A stretch of 63,492 nt of DNA, counting the filler, from Octopus bimaculoides (taxonomy: Eukaryota), in the NCBI RefSeq assembly GCF_001194135.2. It is 4 parts of 4 records of this genome, joined end to end, with 100 filler letters (N's around TTAATTAATTAA, not from the genome) between each part and the next. Parts side by side here need not be neighbours in the genome. Positions count along the whole stretch, not along the records: positions 26,727 to 58,116 come from NC_068986.1; positions 58,217 to 62,070 come from NC_068984.1; positions 62,171 to 63,492 come from NC_068990.1; 1 more part is not named here. One strand, given 5' to 3'. Both the position numbers and the translations under genes were made by a program. Of this stretch, positions 54,155-63,492 are shown one piece after another. Under the pieces are notes generated by a model that was given only the letters and a program-made list of their open reading frames with translations, was not told where the DNA came from and ran no database searches. Each line of letters starts with the position of its first letter. Position 1 is the first letter of the stretch.

Positions 54155-54661
54155 AAATGGATATGCCTAATCGTCCGAGTTCAATTACAGGGCTTAGAAA
54201 AACTGAAGGACTGCTGCAGTAAGTGTATAAATCCGAGAGGAGAATATGTTGAATAAAATCCTTATTAACTGATCTTCCTGTATTTTCTTTTACCCAAAGC
54301 CAGGAACATGTCAGCGCCACCTCATATATGTCAAACAAGGATCAGTACTGAAAAGACTTCCGTCGTTATCGACGATGCGCATCTAGTTAGTTGTTCGATC
54401 AACTGAACATCTGATTCGCTGACTTAGTATTGTAGGTGGCCGAGTATTCCACTGGTACTTGTATTCTTAACGTATTTGCTAAACGAGTAAAAGGAAGCTG
54501 CAATACTTGACAAGGATCTTTAATTACAGGGGAAATCATCCAATGGGTATCCATAAGCCCACAGTTTACAGTTTCATTCCGTGTAAACCTTTTAGATAAA
54601 AGGCGAAATGACGAATGTTTTTTCATTTCAAATATACATAAATACATACATGTATACATAG

Positions 54662-54713
<52 letters not shown>

Positions 54714-55748
54714 TAGATATGAGAAGTGAGGTGACAGAGTAGAGTTAGCCAGCGGAACACTGTGAATGTGAGAGCTGGATTGAGAAAGAGCTGCGCAAGG
54801 GCTCGGCTAATACTGAAAATGGCATTCATTTTCAACGTGAAACGAAGTGACTTGCTGAAGAACATAACGTGACATCTGGTCCATTCATCGAACTCACAAC
54901 CTTTACGGTTATAACCCGAACGCCATAACTACTAACTCACGTGCATATCTAACTGAAAAGAATAGACGTGAGAATTAAACTGGGAAAAGCATCTGAGACG
55001 CAATTTCAACATTGATAGTTGCCAGCGTGTTTGTGTATGTGTGTGCGTATGTCTTTGTCTTGCGCGCGTGTGAGTGTGTGTGTGCGCGTGCACGTAGGCC
55101 AATATTTATACATTTGCTTAACAGCAAATGTTGTTTTGTTACAGACATATTTGAAAGTAGGGCGTTGAACTGAGATAGACATTCTAGAAGCTATGAGTAC
55201 TAATGGGCGCCGAAATCCATTAAACAAAAACGATTTTCTTCAGCTCTTCTGATTACCAAGCATTGTCTTCAAGAGAATATTTAAAGATCTTTAATGATTT
55301 ATCGAAGACAAACATACTCCTCTTTAGAATGTGTTCCACCGAGAAAAACTCAACCATTTACACTAATTCAACGGGAAGACAATTTAATCCTCCACGTCAA
55401 GTGTGCCGGAGCTCCATCACATTCGATCTTTTATCTTCTACTTGTTTCAGTCATTAAACTACGGCCTTGCTAGAGCACTTCCTTGGAGGGTTTAGTCCAA
55501 CAAGTCGATCCAAGTACTGAAAAGGAATCGAAATCACAATCTTACGATCATGAGTGAAACACTCTAACCCCTTAAACCACGAAGCGCTGTGCATAGAAAT
55601 AATTATATACATGTATTTATTTTGTTATTTTTGTTGTTTATTTCCTGGTCACCTTTGATCAAGAAGACCTACAATCGCGTCATCGTCGTTATATACGACT
55701 ACATCTCTCATCGGTGCGCCGACGCAAATTGTAGCCGACGAAGACAAC

Positions 55749-55802
<54 letters not shown>

Positions 55803-55855
55803 AACAGTGGTGGTTGTGGTGGTGTACATATATGTACACATAAACACACACACAG

Positions 55856-55915
<60 letters not shown>

Positions 55916-57565
55916 NNNNNNNNNNNNNNNNNNNNNNNNNNNNNNNNNNNNNNNNNNNNNNNNNNNNNNNNNNNNNNNNNNNNNNNNNNNNNNNNNNNNN
56001 NNNNNNNNNNNNNNNNNNNNNNNNNNNNNNNNNNNNNNNNNNNNNNNNNNNNNNNNNNNNNNNNNNNNNNNNNNNNNNNNNNNNNNNNNNNNNNNNNNNN
56101 NNNNNNNNNNNNNNNNNNNNNNNNNNNNNNNNNNNNNNNNNNNNNNNNNNNNNNNNNNNNNNNNNNNNNNNNNNNNNNNTGATGATGATGATGATAACAG
56201 TGGTGGTTGTGGTGGTGTACATATATGTACACATAAACACACACACAGATATATATATATAGGTCATGAGCACTACTACCTTTCCTTTTCTAGTTAAGGC
56301 ATTAGGGAAAAAAACAGCCGATCATTAAACCAACGAATCATAGGTTGTTTCTGAAACACACCTAGCCAGCCAGCCAATTAGTTCGCCAGCCAATCACCAT
56401 AACATTTCCGTAATTATCACCACTAGTCAAACTTATACACCACCATCTTAAAAAGCCAGTTAGCCACCTTGACTTTTTAAATACCATTTATAGACACAAT
56501 GAACAATGGCATTTGAGTGACGGGTCTCAGATTAAGTTGCCAATATTCTGGCAATAAAAATCAATTTGAGCAGCAAAGAATTTCACATGAATCTTAATGA
56601 TCATGTTGTCGGTAGTTAACCAATTTTGTTATGGACAACGTCCATCAAAAAAATTAGATCATGGCGAATGACTGTAGTATCTCTACGCTCACTTAGACAA
56701 ACTACAGTTAAGGAAATGACGAAGGGTTCCTCTGACAATAACCTAGGTAGGTTTTCATGTTCTGCTTACATCGATACCACACTCCATCTTGGCATCATCA
56801 ACGTCAATAAGGTTGCTACTACGGCATCATTTACATAATTAGCTCTTCCTCCCTCTTCTCATTCACCGCCTAATCATCATCCTCATCTTCATCAGCATCT
56901 TCATTGTCGTCATCATCCTCATTGTCATCATTATATATATATATATATNNNNNNNNNNNNNNNNNNNNNNNNNNNNNNNNNNNNNNNNNNNNNNNNNNNN
57001 NNNNNNNNNNNNNNNNNNNNNNNNNNNNNNNNNNNNNNNNNNNNNNNNNNNNNNNNNNNNNNNNNNNNNNNNNNNNNNNNNNNNNNNNNNNNNNNNNNNN
57101 NNNNNNNNNNNNNNNNNNNNNNNNNNNNNNNNNNNNNNNNNNNNNNNNNNNNNNNNNNNNNNNNNNNNNNNNNNNNNNNNNNNNNNNNNNNNNNNNNNNN
57201 NNNNNNNNNNNNNNNNNNNNNNNNNNNNNNNNNNNNNNNNNNNNNNNNNNNNNNNNNNNNNNNNNNNNNNNNNNNNNNNNNNNNNNNNNNNNNNNNNNNN
57301 NNNNNNNNNNNNNNNNNNNNNNNNNNNNNNNNNNNNNNNNNNNNNNNNNNNNNNNNNNNNNNNNNNNNNNNNNNNNNNNNNNNNNNNNNNNNNNNNNNNN
57401 NNNNNNNNNNNNNNNNNNNNNNNNNNNNNNNNNNNNNNNNNNNNNNNNNNNNNNNNNNNNNNNNNNNNNNNNNNNNNNNNNNNNNNNNNNNNNNNNNNNN
57501 NNNNNNNNNNNNNNNNNNNNNNNNNNNNNNNNNNNNNNNNNNNNNNNNNNNNNNNNNNNNNNNNN

Positions 57566-57596
<31 letters not shown>

Positions 57597-58069
57597 GTAT
57601 TAGAAGGTTTGGAGGTGATGTACAGGTATTATATATTAGAAAAAATAAGGTACACAGAGATATGGATGGTTGTACATTTACAGAGTTTTATTAATATGTC
57701 ACGTGTTTTTATAAATCATATATTAGCCCTTGCATCTATTCCACATACATGAAGAGTTTCATCACATTTTCTATTTATAAAATTATTGCACGCATAAGCC
57801 ATTGTTCAAACTGAAACTATGGACGAAAACAGTGACCCAATGTACGGCACAATGGGCAAAATTGCAGAATCGCGTAATTTGCAAAGCAAAGTTTTCAATT
57901 AGAGAGTAAAAGAGCATTTGCCTGCGCTCACACATTGTGTTTGTCAGAGGAGGCAAAATTAGATTTGTCAATTACCATACAAGAGTCACATATTTTAAAT
58001 GTGTGTACGTACATGTATTTATCTATCTATATATAAATACATATATTATGTGTGTGTGTATAAATGTTC

Positions 58070-58102
<33 letters not shown>

Positions 58103-58116
58103 TGTATGTATATATA

Positions 58117-58216
58117 NNNNNNNNNNNNNNNNNNNNNNNNNNNNNNNNNNNNNNNNNNNNTTAATTAATTAANNNNNNNNNNNNNNNNNNNNNNNNNNNN
58201 NNNNNNNNNNNNNNNN
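58117..58216. other. Artificial assembly linker (44 N + TTAATTAATTAA + 44 N)
   Basis: Same construct as 26627-26726. Confidence 0.95.
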
Positions 58217-58263
<47 letters not shown>

Positions 58264-58789
58264 ACATACATATATATATGTGTGTGTGTGTTGAGCTTTT
58301 TGATAAGCACTGCTCTACAAAAACTGTATGTGAACAGGTATGAGTTTGTAATTAATTCACAATTTATGCTGTATTTGTAATTTATGAACATGTATAACCA
58401 GTCATCAAACTTGTGCCATTATGTAATGCATTTGTATCGTGTCTACTTTCTATTGTCATCAGTTTGGGAGAAGAGTGTGTGATTTATACTACAATTTTAG
58501 AAAAGAATACATCATATCTTACATAAATTTCAATACATTATATTCAGATGTCAGGTATGGCTTTGTAACCACAAACACTTATTTATTTCATCTATAGAAA
58601 TGCAATAAATTTTATTCATTATGATTTTATTAATCATACTTATTGTATCAATTTCAGAAGATCCAAGAATTAAGACCATCCTGTAAGGCTGGACTCAGAA
58701 AGCGTGACATTACACACATTCCAATCAAGTATGAGTCTGAAAGGAAATTGTAATTTTATGACGTATGTCAACAACAACATATATTGCTA

Positions 58790-58985
58790 TTTTTAGATCC
58801 AGCTCAGCTCTGACCAAGCTAAACTGTAATCAAAGACTTCTGGCTTTTATCATCCCATCTTATTCTCAAGGATATATTCAAGACAACATCTAATGTGTCT
58901 TTCCTGTTTGAAGACAGTAAGATATGAGTTGAAAGCAATTTAGCTGCTGTTTCTAGCACATTGAATGAACATACAGAGGCTCCTG
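58790..58985 (+). mobile_element. Unclassified interspersed repeat
   Basis: atatattcaag..atctaatgtgtc..gcaatttagctgctgtttctagc is shared with 7820-7930 (+) and 52455-52520 (-). Confidence 0.45.
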
Positions 58986-59100
58986 TGTTTGTTGTTGTTC
59001 AACCTTAATTCTGATTAAACATCCAGTAGAGACCATTCTGTTGTTTCATATCTCAGCTATTATCATGTTCAATGCTCTTTTTATCGGAATTCTAGTTTAA

Positions 59101-59576
59101 GCACCCCATATAACCCCTCATAACTTTTTACTTTTAGGAATTTTCAGAACATTTTTGTGAATATGTGTTCTACACACAGGAACCCATGAGATTATGAAAA
59201 AAATTATTTTTTCAAATTTTAAAGTCCCCCTCCATAAAACCTAGAATTTCCACTCCTTAATAAATTTGTTTCTTTGTAAAATCAGTATAAAATACGAACA
59301 GTTCAAATTTTTTTACTTAAATCCCAACAATGGACCATTAAATGTGTTTATGGGGAGAAAAATATTGAAAAACATCAACACATGTCAGAGTGACAAAGAA
59401 ACAAGTGTGTTGTGAAGTGTGCTAAAAAAAACAGCTAAATTGCCCCAAAATCACATTAAAAAAATTCTTTTTTTTTTGTCATAAGTGTATGAATTCCTAT
59501 GTGTAGAACACAAATTCACAAATGTTTTCAGAAAATTCCAAAAAATTAACAAGTTAGGAGGGGTTATATGGGGTGC
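59101..59576. mobile_element. MITE with long (about 110 bp) imperfect TIRs, flanked by TTAA
   Basis: Left end GCACCCCATATAACCCCTCATAACTT...GTGTTCTACAC mirrors the right end. TTAA at 59097-59100 and 59577-59580. The symmetry may extend to GAATTC at 59087 and 59590. Confidence 0.8.
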
Positions 59577-59828
59577 TTAAATCAGAATTCTGCCCTCTTT
59601 ATATTACATACTAGACTAATGGTGACCCATTGGGTCACTGACAGTTCAGGTTATAAAACATTGAAGCTGATTTCACTATTGCATTGAAATGAAAGTTAAT
59701 TTTATGATAATTCAGTTATTCTTTTACTTGTTTCAGTCATTTGACTGCGGCCATGCTGGAGCACCATCTTTTAGTCGAACAACTGGTTACAATCTTTTAA
59801 CATCAAATACTTGATCACTGAGTCTCAA

Positions 59829-59885
<57 letters not shown>

Positions 59886-60016
59886 CATACATACATATAC
59901 ATATATATATACATATACATATATATTCATATATACATATATATACACACATACATATATATTCATATACATATGCACATATACATATATATTTGTATAT
60001 ATATATATATATATAT

Positions 60017-60625
60017 GCTGTGTGGTAAGTAGCATGCTTACCAACCACATGGTTCCGGGTTCAGTCCCACTGTGTGGCACCTTGGGCAAGTGTCTTCTAC
60101 TATAGCCTCGGGCCGACCAAAGCCTTGTGAGTGGATTTGGTAGACGGAAACTGAAAGAAGCCCATCGTATATATATATGTATGTTTGTGAGTCTGTGTTT
60201 GTCCCCCCAACATCGCTTGACAACCAATGCTGATGTGTTTATGTCACCGTAACTTAGTGTTTCGGCAAAAGAGACCAATAGAATAAGTACTAGGATTACA
60301 AAGAATAAGTNNNNNNNNNNNNNNNNNNNNNNNNNNNNNNNNNNNNNNNNNNNNNNNNNNNNNNNNNNNNNNNNNNNNNNNNNNNNNNNNNNNNNNNNNN
60401 NNNNNNNNNNGTGTCTGTGTTTGTCCCCCAACATCGCTTGACAACTAATGCTGGTGTGTTCACATCCCCATAACTTAGCGTTTCGGCAAAAGAAACCAAT
60501 AGAATAAGTACTAGGCTTACAAAGAATAAGACCTAGGGTTGATTTGCTAGACTAAAGGCGGTGCTCCAGCATGGCCACAGTCAAATGACTGAAACAAATA
60601 ATAATAAAAAAGAATAAAAGAATGA
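60017..60625 (+). mobile_element. tRNA-derived SINE, family A (near full length, interrupted by an N gap)
   Basis: Head gctgtgtggtaag...ggttcagtcccac...caccttgggcaagtgtcttc (Pol III box A/B-like), central microsatellite, and tail ggcggtgctccagcatggcc...gactgaaacaa. Many copies occur in the window. Confidence 0.85.
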
Positions 60626-60772
60626 AGATCAATTCAGTTATGTTTTTTTCCTGTAAAATGTATGTCAAACTTTTAAAAGTTTAAGTTATATGCCAGTTTT
60701 CAAGTGTATGGAGATTCAATAATTCTACGCTACTCATCCAGGGTTAGAAAATCAAAAGGCTTGGGAAGCAAA

Positions 60773-61010
60773 TTTCTTATTTCTTTAGCCCCCACAAGGG
60801 GCTAAACATAAAGGGGACAAGCAAGGACAGACAAAGGGATTAAGTCGATTACATCGACCACAGTACAGAACTGGTACTTAATTTATCGACCCCGAAAGGA
60901 TGAAGAGTAAAGTCGACCTCGGCGGAATTTGAACTCAGAAAGTAGCGGCAGACGAAATACCGCTAAGCATTTTGCCCGGCGTTCTAACGTTTCTGCCAGC
61001 TCGCCACCTT
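60773..61010 (-). mobile_element. tRNA-derived SINE, family B
   Basis: aaggtggcgagctggcagaaacgttag...gagttcaaattccgccgaggtcgac...taccagtt; repeated many times in the window. Confidence 0.85.
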
Positions 61011-61894
61011 ACTTACCACACAGTCACACCTGCGCCTATATGTACAAGTATATGACAAATAACAGAATAATTTTTTTTTCTTTTCTTTTTGTTCTCTGAT
61101 TCTATAAAGTGAAATAGGTCCAATCAAAATCGCAAGCATATGCAAACTTGTACCCTTCGTTCTGTCCTAGACAGTAATGTCAGTACATAGCCAACCACCT
61201 GATGTTAAGTGTCCTACTTTTGAATGAAAAATATAATCGATAAACTCAGTAAAATTCTATCATGTCTTGCCGATATTTGCATATTCTTTCACTTCTTTAG
61301 AAAGTAGTTTTATTTTTCAGAATAATACATTTATTGAATGTCATCTGTCTCTATACTGTCTGAACATGTATTACACTATTTATTTACATGTTACACAGAA
61401 AGGCTGGTGTATACAACTACAGAATTGTCCACGCCAGACCAATACAAACATAGATTTGAATTAATTTCGGCATAACTACAGGGTTTTACCCCCCAGACTT
61501 TGGGAGGTCATAANNNNNNNNNNATGCTAGCATGGAAAGCGGACGTTAAACGATGATGATGATGATGATATTGCAATCATATTCAAGTTTGCACAAAGCT
61601 GATAATAAACTCAGGCCAGATACGAAATGTATGCACTATTTTGAACTTCTAATAAACCAGTTCATTATCAATGAACAATGCGTAATGGGTTCTTACTCAT
61701 TGGACCGAGGGCATGCTAGGGCACCGCCTTGAAACAAATCCATCCCAGTACTTATCATTTTAAGTCTTGTACTTATTCTATCGATCTTTTACTGAACCTC
61801 TAAATTACAGGGATGTGAACAAAACACCGGCTGTCAAACAGTGGTGGGGAACACACACACAAACACATACTCATGAGTATTTTTTTTTTAAATG

Positions 61895-62032
61895 TTAGCT
61901 TGCTTACCAACCACATGGTTTCAGGTTCACTCTCACTGCGTGGCACCTTGGGTAAGTGTCTTCTACTATAACCTCGGGCAGACCAAAGCCTTGTGAGTGG
62001 ATTTGGTAGACGGAAACTGAAAGAAACCTGTC

Positions 62033-62036
<4 letters not shown>
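61895..62036 (+). mobile_element. SINE family A head
   Basis: cttgcttaccaaccacatgg...gacggaaactgaaagaaacctgtcgtata. Confidence 0.8.
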
Positions 62037-62070
<34 letters not shown>

Positions 62071-62170
62071 NNNNNNNNNNNNNNNNNNNNNNNNNNNNNN
62101 NNNNNNNNNNNNNNTTAATTAATTAANNNNNNNNNNNNNNNNNNNNNNNNNNNNNNNNNNNNNNNNNNNN
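62071..62170. other. Artificial assembly linker (44 N + TTAATTAATTAA + 44 N)
   Basis: Same construct; lies about 790 bp downstream (transcriptionally) of the brachyury exon. Confidence 0.95.
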
Positions 62171-62320
62171 GATATTTCTATATCGCTATGCTCAGCCTTT
62201 ATAACCGATATTCTTTGATGGTGATGGAAGAAGATATGGCGTTCATCACATTCCGATGGATGGTAGATGTGACAGAGCTTCAATAAATAATTACGAATCG
62301 ATGTTGACATATCATGAATA

Positions 62321-62643
62321 GAAAGGCTCAGTGGTTAGGGAATATTCAGCTCATGATCGTAGAGTCGCGAGTTCGATTCTCGTTGGCGCGTTGTGTCCTT
62401 GAGCAAAACATTCTACTTCACGTTGCTCCAGTCCACTCAGCTGGCAAAAAATGAGTTGTACCGGTAATTCAAAGGGGCCAACTTTGTTACATTCTGTATC
62501 ACGCTGAATCTCCCTGAGAACTACATTAAGGTTACACGTGTCTGTGGAGTGCTCAGCCGCTTGCACGTTAATTTCACGAGAAAGCTGTTCTGTTGATCGG
62601 ATCAACTGGAAGACTCGTCGTCGTAACCGATGGAAAACCAGTT
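62321..62643 (+). mobile_element. SINE family C, antisense to brachyury
   Basis: Homologous to 48660-48962. Confidence 0.85.
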
Positions 62644-62959
62644 TCCTTTTTTTTTTTTTTTTGTTTAGAAAATATGTCAAACATTTTATTCCCGTATTGA
62701 AGAATTCTACTCAAACCTTAAACATTCTCGTCTCCTTTCTACACATGGACATTTTACTTTTTTTTATTTTAGAATTTTAATCTTATTTTTTTTTCTTTTA
62801 TCTAAGTAAACCGTTATTAATTCCTACGAAATTTACTTTGAAATGGATCCAACCGAAAATTGAAACAGAATCGTGGCTTTTGTTTGGGTGGGTTAGCTTT
62901 GTTCCTACTCTCTGGTCCCTACTGGCAACATTTGTATTATTAAATGAAATACTATTTAC

Positions 62960-63224
62960 CTGTCCGCCTCCGTTGAGTTTATTGGTAAGTTTCACCTTGC
63001 TGAACGATGTTGGCTCTCGCATCCAATGTGCACCGAAATTTGGCGAATCTGGATGGATGTAGACAGAATTTGGTGCGGCTGGTTCTGCTTTTCCTCCGGC
63101 TACCCATTCACCATTTACGTACTTCCATCTGTGGTTATCCACTTGGGCAAAATCCAACAGCAGAGTGTACATGGCATTGGGATCTAATCCTGTTATGGAC
63201 ACCTTGAAGACGGGGAACATACGT
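62960..63224 (-). CDS. bra: Brachyury (T-box transcription factor), internal coding exon covering the N-terminal half of the T-box
   Basis: Translates to (R)[88 protein letters not shown]. The motifs [30 protein letters not shown] and [11 protein letters not shown] are diagnostic of the Brachyury subfamily. Acceptor tattttttttt-cgacag|ACGT at 63225/63224; donor CAG|gtaaat at 62960/62959. Length is 265 bp = 1 nt + 88 codons. Confidence 0.97.
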
Positions 63225-63453
63225 CTGTCGAAAAAAAAATATATACACAAAAAAATATGCTTTTAGATTTTGAAGCCATTTCTGGTTATCAGTATTTTCG
63301 GAATTCTGTAAAAGGATTGAGAGAACACAGATCTCAGAGATGAAAGAGCAGCTGAAGACCATGCGACCGGAGGTTGGAATTAAATACAGATTAGAACAGG
63401 ATGACCTCGGTTTTAATGGATTAAGTCCCACGATCATTAATATGACAGATATG

Positions 63454-63492
<39 letters not shown>
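63225..63492 (-). other. bra: Intron upstream of the brachyury T-box exon; the preceding exon lies outside the window
   Basis: Polypyrimidine tract and AG acceptor at 63225-63240. The exon begins mid-codon, so an upstream exon ending ...GR is required. Confidence 0.85.

Noticed and set aside
55748-56262. Identical sequence of about 80 bp on both sides of an N gap (similar at 11960-12060)
   Set aside because: Most likely an assembly overlap artefact at a microsatellite.
58655-58690. ttcag|AAGATCC...CCT|gtaag resembling a 25-bp plus-strand micro-exon
   Set aside because: No partner exons or homology; short splice-like motifs are common by chance.
62798-63250. The 150-aa ORF taken as a complete protein
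   Set aside because: The ends (MCIYFFFD and VNSISF...) are intron read-through; only 62960-63224 is exon.

Overview
Repeat-dense, gap-rich animal genomic DNA, very likely octopus (inferred from the tRNA-derived SINE families and the heavy microsatellite load). I can support only one host coding exon: a 265-bp T-box exon of brachyury on the minus strand (62960-63224) with canonical splice sites. Its upstream exon lies beyond the window, and I could not find the conserved downstream T-box exons in the 63 kb that follow it. Three artificial 100-bp linkers (44 N + TTAATTAATTAA + 44 N) show that the window is a concatenation of four assembly pieces, so adjacency across them is unproven. The rest consists of microsatellites, at least four SINE families, LINE fragments, Penelope-like element remnants and non-autonomous DNA transposons. 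The most interesting signal is a set of minimal hammerhead-ribozyme-like motifs with covarying stem II at the Penelope-like termini. Also notable are a near-perfect SINE foldback, a TIR element with a 9-bp TSD, a pre-miRNA-like hairpin and local templated duplications. Almost all ORFs in the supplied track are microsatellite or N-gap artefacts. I found no clearly new biological system. Repeat boundaries are approximate unless a TSD or splice site is given.
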